Part shown: piece by piece, positions 47,528 to 56,311 of the stretch | Layout: every line of letters starts with the position of its first letter | Numbering within the stretch: position 1 is the first letter of the stretch | Notes under the pieces: generated by a model | The model's input: only the letters and a program-made list of their open reading frames with translations | Databases searched by the model: none | Told to the model about the DNA's origin: nothing | Translations under genes and position numbers: made by a program | Assembly: GCA_043757545.1 (NCBI GenBank) | Contig: JAYVPG010000069.1 | Location: forward strand, 78,282 to 142,281 | DNA: 64,000 bases | Direction of reading: 5' to 3' | Source: Pseudobdellovibrionaceae bacterium | Lineage (GTDB): Bacteria; Bdellovibrionota; Bdellovibrionia; Bdellovibrionales; UBA1609

Positions 47528-48235
47528 TTAGATCGTGGTCGGCTCAACTTTCAGAGATAAAAGTCGCTTATGCTTGTCGAGTTCGAAATGTGCTTCACCT
47601 TTAGGACGTTGGTCCTTATCGTAGATCGTGTAAAGCTCAATCGTTTTGTCATGGCTCATCTCTACGGACTTTAGTTTAGCAGATTTGAAATTCGTAGCCA
47701 GAAGACGACCGTATTGCGATAAAAACTCACCGCGATCTAGTACATAAGACGGGCTCGTGGTGACATCTTGTAATTCAATGGTTTGAATCAAACTGGCTTC
47801 AGGGCGATAGACGATGGTGTATTTTTGCTCCAAGGTCCCCCAACGTAACTTTTCGTCAAGAGTCGCATCGTGACCAATACCAATCGAGGCGATCTCACGC
47901 ACTTGCGACGACGCTAAACTCTCCGCCAATTGCTTTTCCCAGTGTGCATCCCGTGACCAATTCACACGCTCAACACTGGCAATGGCGCGACTAGCACTCG
48001 AGGCAGAGGTACTACCGGATTGTCCATGGGCTTGAAATGCATAACGATTCGAAGCGCCTGTCGCCAAAATGATGGCCAGTACAGCGCCGGCTAAAGTCGA
48101 TTTGGACTTTTTGCTTTTAGGAGCGACTTGCTCCTTCTTAGGTGCGTCTATAGGCGCAAGAGGAGGCGTGGTATGTCCTGCCTCTTTCTTTTTGGGGAAC
48201 TGAAGTAAATTATTTGGGCCGTCGTTTTGTTCCAT
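47528..48235 (-). CDS. membrane-anchored hypothetical protein
   Basis: Charged N-terminus, one TM (LAGAVLAIILATGA), then a beta-rich C-domain. Confidence 0.5.
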   Translation of the reverse strand: MEQNDGPNNLLQFPKKKEAGHTTPPLAPIDAPKKEQVAPKSKKSKSTLAGAVLAIILATGASNRYAFQAHGQSGSTSASSASRAIASVERVNWSRDAHWEKQLAESLASSQVREIASIGIGHDATLDEKLRWGTLEQKYTIVYRPEASLIQTIELQDVTTSPSYVLDRGEFLSQYGRLLATNFKSAKLKSVEMSHDKTIELYTIYDKDQRPKGEAHFELDKHKRLLSLKVEPTTI

Positions 48236-48397
48236 GTATTTAGCTCCTGTTGCCCTTAAGTCAGAGCGAACCTTGTGCCCGCCACCGGAGGTTATAGAGC
48301 CAGCAGAGCGTGTACACTTTGGCCACCTGCCCGCCCAGAAACGTCACCAAGATCTGTCTCATTTTGAGACGCCACACTTAGGCTTTCGATTCGGCTA

Positions 48398-48424
48398 TTG
48401 CACCAGATGTTGTGTCGGTATAAT
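48398..48424 (+). promoter_or_regulatory. possible sigma70 promoter
   Basis: TTGCAC, 15-nt spacer (short), perfect TATAAT at 48419-48424. AAGGAGG RBS at 48438. Confidence 0.35.
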
Positions 48425-48453
48425 CTGACTCGGAGTTAAGGAGGCTTTAGCTC

Positions 48454-48891
48454 ATGGTGAGACAAATCTTATCCTTAGTCCTGCTCGCCGGAGTCAGCTT
48501 CTCGACCCAGGCCGAACGCACAGAAAATGATAGATACTCGAACCCGAAGTCCGTACGTGCGAAGGCTGCGGCCTTGCACCGGGTGAAAAGGCGCGCGCCC
48601 GCAAGTATGCCTGCGGGAATGGGCCTGTCGTTTGACGCCTATTTAAATGCGAACTCTTCCCATCCTGCACTGAACTCACAGCCCGGAAAAATTCCCGGAC
48701 ACCAAGAGGCCTTTAAGGATTTCTCTAAGCCTGCAGTGATTTCGTTTCCATCAGATAGCGCAACCCCGTTGGCAGCGCCGACCGCGGCACCACCAACGGG
48801 CAGCGCGAATTTACCGGGCGCTACGCCGTTACCCTCCGCCCCTGGTCCTGCTTCTTCATCGTCCAGCTCTTCGGGATCGCCATTACAGTAG
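48454..48891 (+). CDS. secreted Pro/Ala/Ser-rich protein
   Basis: Signal peptide ending TQA. Low-complexity P/A/S C-terminal half. Strong RBS. Confidence 0.5.
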   Translation: MVRQILSLVLLAGVSFSTQAERTENDRYSNPKSVRAKAAALHRVKRRAPASMPAGMGLSFDAYLNANSSHPALNSQPGKIPGHQEAFKDFSKPAVISFPSDSATPLAAPTAAPPTGSANLPGATPLPSAPGPASSSSSSSGSPLQ

Positions 48892-48912
48892 GAAGAGTTG
48901 TATACTTTCCCT

Positions 48913-49953
48913 ATGAAACTCTTGAGTCTCATTCTATCGCTGACAGTCGGTTCTGCATGGGCTCAAGCTTCTGCTAATCTCGAAGCGGATCTGAAGCAAC
49001 ACCCCGATCATCTCTCGACGCGAGTGCAGCTCGCCACTTACCATCTTAAACAAGGACAGTTTACTCAGGTGATTGAGCTGCTCAACGCCTATACGGATCA
49101 ACTCAACGCCGAGAGCTTTCAGATGCTCGGTTTTGCCTACTCAAATAAAAAAGACTACATCAATGAACTGCGAGTTTTAAATCTGCTCGTTAAAAGAGAT
49201 GAGGAGAATTACAAAAGTCGCATTTTATTGGGGCAAGCCTACCTCAAGGCGGCCGGCGAATATGGCGAGGGTGAAAAGCAAAAAGAAATGCACACTTCTG
49301 CAGTGAACCAGCTGCGTAAAGCAGTGCAACTCGCGCCGCAGTTTAAGCCTGGTTACGATTTGCTATTAAACACCCTGCTCAAACTCCATGAATCTAATGA
49401 AGCACGTGAACTTTTAGCTGAAGGAATTAAAAAATTTGGGCCGCGAGCTGAGTTGTACCGTGAACTCTGTCGCCTGGATTCCGGCGACGGATTCTTGGAT
49501 CAGGCCGTTGAACACTGTCGTGAGGGAATCAAACTTGCACCCGAATATCCCGACAACTACGTATTTTTAGTGCAATCTCTGAACGATCAAAAGGAAGACA
49601 AACAGGCGGAATCCGCGATCAAATCCGCAGCCAAGCACTTTCCGAATTCCGAATTTGTACAATGGGCGGCGGGTAAATTATTTTTTGAGCGAAAAAACTT
49701 TCCCGTGGCCGCGCGCTATTTTCAAGCGGCGGTCAAAGCTCTCCCCAGCTCGGGGCGCGCCGAATTTGGCTTGGCCCGTTCGATGTTTGAAAGTGGCGAT
49801 GAGCAAAATTCACTGGCTCATTTTATTAAAGCCTGCGAAAGCGACGCCACTTCGATCGACACGTTCTTGACTGCGGGCGGGCGTTTAAAACTAAAGGGCA
49901 ATCAACAGCTCGGCGAACTCTTCGTGCGCAAAGCCAATACCTGTCGGAAATAG
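48913..49953 (+). CDS. periplasmic TPR-repeat protein
   Basis: Signal peptide MKLLSLILSLTVGSAWA. Repeated 34-aa A/Y/L helical pattern. Confidence 0.7.
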   Translation: MKLLSLILSLTVGSAWAQASANLEADLKQHPDHLSTRVQLATYHLKQGQFTQVIELLNAYTDQLNAESFQMLGFAYSNKKDYINELRVLNLLVKRDEENYKSRILLGQAYLKAAGEYGEGEKQKEMHTSAVNQLRKAVQLAPQFKPGYDLLLNTLLKLHESNEARELLAEGIKKFGPRAELYRELCRLDSGDGFLDQAVEHCREGIKLAPEYPDNYVFLVQSLNDQKEDKQAESAIKSAAKHFPNSEFVQWAAGKLFFERKNFPVAARYFQAAVKALPSSGRAEFGLARSMFESGDEQNSLAHFIKACESDATSIDTFLTAGGRLKLKGNQQLGELFVRKANTCRK

Positions 49954-49962
49954 CAAGACTAT

Positions 49963-51171
49963 CTACCGCTTAGCCTCTTCGACCCAGCTGTCTTTGCCTT
50001 GCAAAGAAATTTTAAGATTGTAGTAGAGTTCCCGTTGTGGCGAAACACCTTGCCCCTCAAGTTCCTTTTTATCGGGAGTCAGAAACACGGCTTCGGGAAT
50101 TGAAACACTAAAGCCTTCACCTAGAATCGGAAGGTCGTACCATACCGCCAGCACCACATCCCCTGCCGTCGGTTGTCCCCATACCCTAGAGTTTGGTCGG
50201 TTCAAAAAGCTATGTACAAATATTTCGGAAACCGAAGAGGTGTCGGGCCCAGCAAGGACCGTGACATTTCCCGAAAAGCATCCGTAATCATAGAAAGTCT
50301 GCAAGCCAAGACCGCGAAAGCGATCCAGTTCCTCGATTTGATATTTATCCGAAGTGTTGTCATCGAACATCAGTTTGTTCTTCGCCACTTTGCGCGGCTG
50401 AACTAACAGACCCACCGATTTTCCACCGCACTGAAAACTTGAAACTGCACGCAGCATCGCCACAAAGTTGCCACCCGCGTTTTCCCGCACATCGACAATC
50501 AAGCGGTTGAATGGCTTGAACTGAAGTGTGAACTTACGCCAAGCCTCACGTTCAAAAAACTCCGAGCGAAAACTTGGCAACTCGACAAGTGCGGTCCCTG
50601 GCCCCACCACGCTGAGTTTGGGAGAAGAGTCCGGCACCATAGTTTTCGCCGCCAAAGTCACTTGCAAAACTTTTTCTCCACGCTTCACCGTGAACTCACC
50701 CGAGCGATGACTCGCGCCCCAAGGAGTGACTTGATCGGTCCCACTTATTTTAAGGATCTCGTCCCCGACTCGCATATCGGCCGCGGCTCCGGCGCCATCT
50801 ACAAAAACTCTATAGACGACCAGATGGTCTTCGACATAGCGAGCGCGAACACCCGTATCAATTCCCTCACCCTTCCACAACCGACGATCCTCTGCCGGAT
50901 TATAAATTTGAAAGTGCGAGACGGTCATCTCGTTCATCAGCGCTTGAATCTCGGCCAGCAGCTCTTCGACCGTAGCGAACATCGAAACGCGCGCGGCTTG
51001 GCCGTGGCATTTGCGTAGCCAATCCTCTAGGCGAGAGTCGGATTTATAAAAATGATCTTCGGTCAGGTCACAGACCGATTGAAAGACGTCCCGATAGCGC
51101 CCGGAGCGGGCAATAAAGACGCCGAAAATTAAACAGACAGCAAAGGTGAAAAAAAGCAAAAGCCGACGCAT
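49963..51171 (-). CDS. S41-family (tail-specific/C-terminal processing) peptidase
   Basis: PDZ-like RVGDEILKISG. Ser motif GPDTSSVSEIFVHSF. N-terminal TM. Confidence 0.78.
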   Translation of the reverse strand: MRRLLLFFTFAVCLIFGVFIARSGRYRDVFQSVCDLTEDHFYKSDSRLEDWLRKCHGQAARVSMFATVEELLAEIQALMNEMTVSHFQIYNPAEDRRLWKGEGIDTGVRARYVEDHLVVYRVFVDGAGAAADMRVGDEILKISGTDQVTPWGASHRSGEFTVKRGEKVLQVTLAAKTMVPDSSPKLSVVGPGTALVELPSFRSEFFEREAWRKFTLQFKPFNRLIVDVRENAGGNFVAMLRAVSSFQCGGKSVGLLVQPRKVAKNKLMFDDNTSDKYQIEELDRFRGLGLQTFYDYGCFSGNVTVLAGPDTSSVSEIFVHSFLNRPNSRVWGQPTAGDVVLAVWYDLPILGEGFSVSIPEAVFLTPDKKELEGQGVSPQRELYYNLKISLQGKDSWVEEAKR

Positions 51172-51210
51172 TTATTAAATAAACGTCGGCTCCTGAATCA
51201 GGTCAATCAA

Positions 51211-51642
51211 TTAAGCTGCACGTTTTTTGCGCGCGCTTGCCGGATCGATGCTGTATTGTTTCACTTTTCGATAAAGGGTCGCGCGGCCAATACCAAGAGC
51301 TTTAGCAGCCTCGGTTAGGTTTCCGCCGAACTCATGAATCGCGTTTTCAATTGCGATGCTCTCGAGTTCATTTATAGTGCGCACTTTTCCCTCTTCGCCA
51401 CCGTGAACGGACGGCTGCGGGAAGTGAAGAATCTTAGCGCCTTCATTTAAAGGGCTTGATCCAGCGCTTAGAGCTGGCACTTCACCCATTAAGCGACTAC
51501 GTGCACCTTGATCGTTCAAGCTGCGTTGCCACTCAGCCGGGGAAAACACCTGTACGTTGCATCCCATCCCCTGACTTAGGGTCTTGAGCTTCTCGCACTG
51601 TTCGCGATCGTCTCCGACCAAAACCACCATTGTACGTGCCAT
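51211..51642 (-). CDS. Fis-type HTH DNA-binding protein with a short receiver-like N-terminus
   Basis: C-terminal GGNLTEAAKALGIGRATLYRKVKQY. N-terminal VVLVGDD strand. GGAGG RBS before the ATG at 51642. Confidence 0.72.
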   Translation of the reverse strand: MARTMVVLVGDDREQCEKLKTLSQGMGCNVQVFSPAEWQRSLNDQGARSRLMGEVPALSAGSSPLNEGAKILHFPQPSVHGGEEGKVRTINELESIAIENAIHEFGGNLTEAAKALGIGRATLYRKVKQYSIDPASARKKRAA

Positions 51643-51762
51643 TTTAAAACCTCCACATTGAATCAAAGCAAGCCGCCAATGGCTCACATAGAACCTATCG
51701 GCGACTAATTCTGAGAATATGAGGAAAAAAATGCCTGGACTCTCTCATAATGGTATAACCCT

Positions 51763-52155
51763 ATGAATTGCCTAATGTTTTATTTTGAGGCGAAAAGGCA
51801 GATTCTGCCTGCCTCAGATTGGGAGCTTATGGATTCAGAATGGGTCGTTTTTAAAAAGTTCGATTCCGAGGTGGAGAGTCGCATTGTCGAATCGTTGTTG
51901 CGGGCCAGGGGTTTCGAGGTGCAGCTTCTCGATACTCACGTCACACGCACTCGCCTATCAGAAAGTGGCCTGCGTTTGATGGTGCGTTCAGGGGATCTCG
52001 CGCGGGCAGAGGAAGCTTTGCGCGAAAACCAGCAACCCACTCACTTGGAAGTGGTTGGCGAAGAGCAACCTATGAGGCGAAGTCCACTCGAGAACAAATT
52101 CGCTCTCGTGTTTTTGGCCCTCGCCACGATTGCCTATATATTAAGTAAGTTTTAG
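51763..52155 (+). CDS. DUF2007-like small protein with a C-terminal TM
   Basis: WVVFKKFDSEVESRIVESLLRARGFEVQLLD resembles the DUF2007 fold signature. The start may be 51832. Confidence 0.5.
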   Translation: MNCLMFYFEAKRQILPASDWELMDSEWVVFKKFDSEVESRIVESLLRARGFEVQLLDTHVTRTRLSESGLRLMVRSGDLARAEEALRENQQPTHLEVVGEEQPMRRSPLENKFALVFLALATIAYILSKF

Positions 52156-52625
52156 CGGCGGCCCGATTTGATTTTGACCTGCATTTTGCTGATCAAGTGA
52201 ACGGCCATTTTTTCTTGGACTTTGCACATTTTCAATTCGTCGCGGCGATAGCTGCGTTGTGAGGGAGTCAAAGTTCCCGTCTCAAGTTCCATTTCATAGT
52301 CTAATTTGCTCGAGCGAATGCCCTCAAGTTCTTTGGTCTGTTGTTTGAACAGTTTGTTCACGCCACTGACCGGAGCCACGTCAAGCCACTCTTCTTTATT
52401 TTTATACCAGCTGAGCATGCGCAAAAAACGCGCTTTGTTTTTCGCGAGAGTGAAGCGCGGATAACGTTCCTCATCCAAATCCAAAATATTATCGATCGAA
52501 TCGAGCAGGCTGAAATCGTCGTCGCTGTCCGTGTTTTGCAGCATGGGCTGAAGGTCGGGAGGATTACGGAGTAATTCGACATTGTTTAGACTATTCAGCA
52601 TGGGGCCTCCGGGCGGTGTAATCAT
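52152..52625 (-). CDS. hypothetical protein
   Basis: ORF only, 157 aa, charged and helical. Confidence 0.45.
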   Translation of the reverse strand: MITPPGGPMLNSLNNVELLRNPPDLQPMLQNTDSDDDFSLLDSIDNILDLDEERYPRFTLAKNKARFLRMLSWYKNKEEWLDVAPVSGVNKLFKQQTKELEGIRSSKLDYEMELETGTLTPSQRSYRRDELKMCKVQEKMAVHLISKMQVKIKSGRR

Positions 52626-52874
52626 GAAGCGAGTCAGCTACGTATTGTATATACTTCATTTTGTTCAATTCTTCAACGGACCGAGGGTTATCTCACACTT
52701 TTGGTGTTTCATTTCCCTTTTTTGTTAAAGCAGCAGAGGTCGTAGCACAGCGAAAGACACATTGCATTAACCGTGAGAATTTTATCGCTGCTTTTGAAAA
52801 AAATGACCCGCTTTTCTCGCAAAAGCTCCAGACAATTCGGTGACATCGATCAAAACATCATTCAGAAGTAGTAA

Positions 52875-55625
52875 ATGCGCAGCTACCTCCTCTGGATTTT
52901 CATGAATTCCCTCATATTTTTTACGTCTGTGGCGTCCGCAAGCTTGGCGATGCCGGGTGATGGGCCCTATTACCGTCTACGTCGCGAACGCACTCTATAT
53001 GTATACGATTCTTCGGCGCATGAAGCGATTGAACAGGTCATGGCCTATATGCAGGCCGTGCGCAAAGGCTACGACTCGAGTTTTGCTTGGAAATTGGATG
53101 AGGAGCAGGACCTGATTTTGGCCTCCGGCCTGCAGCAGGTCGGCAATGCCTATGCGACGTTTTCGCCGAATCTGAAAAGCTTTTGGTTTCCCTCGGGCAA
53201 CGGGATGCTCGATGAAATGGCGGTTTCTTCGTGGTTTTTAACTCTGACCACCCATGAGACCGCCCATCTCTACCAGCTCAATGCGAAGGGTGAGTTCAAC
53301 GCCGGGTTGAAACGAATTGTCGGCAATGCGGTAACGATTTTTCCGTTTATTTGGCCGATCTTTGTGCATCCGAATATGGTGACGCCCACTTTTTTGGTCG
53401 AGGGCAATGCGGTATTCAACGAGTCGCGCGCCAATATGGGCGGCCGCCTGCACAGCGGTGAGGCGCGCGCTCTAGTGCTGGCGCAAATCCAAGCGGGAGA
53501 TATCAACCCCACCCGCTTAATCAACAATGAGTGGCGCTTTCCTTACGGCGAGCAGGCGTATTTGCAGGGCGCCTATTTTCAAGCACATTTGGCTGCGAAG
53601 TATGGTGTCGACCAAACCAATCAGTTTTTTGTGGCGCAGGGGAATCATTATTTCTGGCCGTTGATTTTGAACAAGACGTTTCGCGATCATTTTGGCGCGA
53701 GCTATCCGCAAGAGATTCGCGAGTATTTACGTGAGCTCGAGGGTTTGGCCACGAAGCAAAAATATACCCCGGGTCCGGCGCTGAGCGAGGCCCAGTACAT
53801 CGGCCCACTCAATCAAGATGCCACGCGGATTTTTTATGTGCAAAGCGACGGAATTTATTTGCCGGAGTTGATGGTGTTCGACAAGCAGACTCAGCGTTTG
53901 GTGAGTCGAAGTATCGATTTGGATGTGGGGAAGGTTTTTTGGCTCGATGGTCGACCTATGGTGGCTACTACTAAACAGCATGATTTGCATCATATTGAGT
54001 ACTCACTCTATGCCGAAAATGATGAGTTTGTTCCCGCCTATCGCAGCCAGATCGTGAACGATATGCGCGGCGGAAAAGTGGTCTCTTTGGATGCCACGAA
54101 CTCGTGGTTGGAACCGCATGTTTTGCTCAATGGTGAGCTCTATGATGTCGGGCACTCGCGACCGATCTTGGATGATGCGGGAAATGTGTATTTCTTTCGC
54201 CAAAACGGAATTGAGCGCGTCTTGTATAAAAATCGCCAACCGGTATTTAAATTCGATGGCTACTATGCCAAGCCCGTTGAAGTCGGTAGCGACGGAAGTT
54301 TTTACTTTATCGGCAACACGGATTACGGATCGACCCTTTATCAATACAAAGACAATGAAATCTATCGCGTTTTGAGTTCGGATCGCATCGTCGACGCGCG
54401 GATGGTGACTGAGAATCAGTTTTTGGTCACCGAGGTGAATTCGCGAGGTCACTCGGTGAAGGTGGCGTCCGCGGAGCACAAACCGGCGACTCCGGCGACC
54501 TACTCCTATGGATTTCCGTCGTATAATTTAACTCCGGACAAAGTCGGCGATCCGGAGCAAACCAAAGCGGATGAGCGATCTTACAATGCTGCCGCAGAAA
54601 TGCGCTATAGCAGTATGGATTTGGTGACCACTTACGATCGATACTCTGGCTTTGCCGGATTGATTGGGACGCATTTTGCGGATCCGCTCGAGTATCAAAC
54701 TGTGGATCTGATGTATTCGGGATCACAGTTTCGCGATCAAAATATTTTTGCACAATATACGTTTACCAAATATTTGCCGCAGATCTTTGCTCGCTATATT
54801 TATCAAAGTGAATTTTGGCGACAGCGCGACAATGGGGCTCGCCGCGCATTCAATCAAGAAGGTGCGCTGGGAGTCTACCTCCCAGTTTGGCGATGGCGGC
54901 ATTGGGACGCCAACATCGGTGTGGCCGCGATCTACCGACGCGAGGATCAGCATGTTGACCCCTCGGAACCCACGACTTTTGGCAAAACGCGGATGGAGGA
55001 AACTTACGGCACGCAAAGCGACGCAGGACTTCACTATCAAGAGGATTCATCTCCCAGCCTTTCCATGTTTCCGATTCGTTTGTTTGATTTGAATTTTAAA
55101 AATCGACTCGAAGCACTTCCCGACACTCTTCGCAAACGCTACAACACCTCATTGGTGCAGAGTCGGTTTCAACAGGGATTGCCGATTCAGTTCTATATGA
55201 CTTTTGCGGGTTCCGTTGCTTGGGCCGAGAATCATGACGTCCTGGTGGACTACAATCCGATGCCGCTCAGTGAAGATATCCGCGTATCGCGTCTAACTTC
55301 CCACGAAGAATTCAAAGCGAAGACAGCGAGCTCGGCTCGCTTTGAGCTGACTAAAGTTTTCGATTTGCCGCTCTATTCTCCGCGAATTCCGGTGGGGTTC
55401 GATCGCATTTCTCCGCTGGTGTTGGCGCAAGGTGTTTTCCTCGATCGCGACAATGCGGTCGATCACTATGCGGCGAATATCTTTGAATGGGGTTACGGTG
55501 TGGATCTGCAGCTCTTGTTGGTTCACTTGGCCCACGCCAAATTACGTTTAATCGAAGCGTTCGATACACGCACTCCGGTGCATCGGGAAAAGCAAGCCGT
55601 ACTCTCTGTAAATTTAAATTTTTAG
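52875..55625 (+). CDS. large secreted protein: peptidase-MA-like N-domain, beta-rich middle, OMP-like C-terminus
   Basis: Signal peptide. HETAHLYQ ... LVEGNAVFNES fits HExxH...EGxAxx as in MA-clan peptidases. The C-terminal region has alternating aromatic strands and ends ...LSVNLNF (terminal Phe). Confidence 0.6.
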   Translation: MRSYLLWIFMNSLIFFTSVASASLAMPGDGPYYRLRRERTLYVYDSSAHEAIEQVMAYMQAVRKGYDSSFAWKLDEEQDLILASGLQQVGNAYATFSPNLKSFWFPSGNGMLDEMAVSSWFLTLTTHETAHLYQLNAKGEFNAGLKRIVGNAVTIFPFIWPIFVHPNMVTPTFLVEGNAVFNESRANMGGRLHSGEARALVLAQIQAGDINPTRLINNEWRFPYGEQAYLQGAYFQAHLAAKYGVDQTNQFFVAQGNHYFWPLILNKTFRDHFGASYPQEIREYLRELEGLATKQKYTPGPALSEAQYIGPLNQDATRIFYVQSDGIYLPELMVFDKQTQRLVSRSIDLDVGKVFWLDGRPMVATTKQHDLHHIEYSLYAENDEFVPAYRSQIVNDMRGGKVVSLDATNSWLEPHVLLNGELYDVGHSRPILDDAGNVYFFRQNGIERVLYKNRQPVFKFDGYYAKPVEVGSDGSFYFIGNTDYGSTLYQYKDNEIYRVLSSDRIVDARMVTENQFLVTEVNSRGHSVKVASAEHKPATPATYSYGFPSYNLTPDKVGDPEQTKADERSYNAAAEMRYSSMDLVTTYDRYSGFAGLIGTHFADPLEYQTVDLMYSGSQFRDQNIFAQYTFTKYLPQIFARYIYQSEFWRQRDNGARRAFNQEGALGVYLPVWRWRHWDANIGVAAIYRREDQHVDPSEPTTFGKTRMEETYGTQSDAGLHYQEDSSPSLSMFPIRLFDLNFKNRLEALPDTLRKRYNTSLVQSRFQQGLPIQFYMTFAGSVAWAENHDVLVDYNPMPLSEDIRVSRLTSHEEFKAKTASSARFELTKVFDLPLYSPRIPVGFDRISPLVLAQGVFLDRDNAVDHYAANIFEWGYGVDLQLLLVHLAHAKLRLIEAFDTRTPVHREKQAVLSVNLNF

Positions 55626-55633
55626 GGCGTGTC

Positions 55634-56260
55634 TTAGTCAGCGGATTCAGCAGCGCCGGATTTCATGATGAAGCTGGCGCTAGTCTTTGCCTTCATTTCG
55701 GCGCCATTCGAGTAGTCGTTGATCAAGTGACCCAAGCGCACTTCCGCTTGGAAGGTTGTTCCTATTGAAAGACGCGGACCCACGGTGTTGCTTTGCGTGC
55801 CACCCGAAGTAATAAAAATCCGTTTAGGTGCGAGATAGAGAATGCGGATGGTGCTCGGTCGTGAAATTCCAGCGTCGGTTATGCCACGAACTTCGACCTG
55901 ATATGTACGATTGTCGGAAATTGTAAATCCGAGATCGGTAAGGCTTTTAAGTGTGAAGGAAAATTTTCCATCGCTGGCGCAGGTCACACTCACCGTGGAG
56001 ACCGCAAATGAATTTATACTCTGCGATCCGGAAACTCCCACGGCGCTAGCCAATAGTCCTGAGATACGTGGGTCACATTCCCCAAGAATGGGAAAAGTCG
56101 CAGACGGCGTCGCGGTCGTTACCGATTTGTAGGTCAATCCTGAAAATGTCGGCTGTGGGATATTGCTTGAATCCAGCGTCTCAAAAGTGGGCGCCCCTTT
56201 GGTACATCCAAAAGAAAACAAAACCACCACCATCAAGTAGCGCGCTCTAAATATATTCAT
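55634..56260 (-). CDS. lipoprotein, Ig-like/beta-rich, unknown function
   Basis: Lipobox LFSFGC. S/T-rich beta pattern. Confidence 0.5.
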   Translation of the reverse strand: MNIFRARYLMVVVLFSFGCTKGAPTFETLDSSNIPQPTFSGLTYKSVTTATPSATFPILGECDPRISGLLASAVGVSGSQSINSFAVSTVSVTCASDGKFSFTLKSLTDLGFTISDNRTYQVEVRGITDAGISRPSTIRILYLAPKRIFITSGGTQSNTVGPRLSIGTTFQAEVRLGHLINDYSNGAEMKAKTSASFIMKSGAAESAD

Positions 56261-56311
56261 CTACTTAAGTCTCGGCATTTGCGGTTTTAAACTTAACTTT
56301 CACGCTTCAAA

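Noticed and set aside
52661-52843. 60-aa ORF in the spacer upstream of the 916-aa protein gene
   Set aside because: It has no RBS and no motif. The spacer more likely holds the promoter and leader for 52875-55625.
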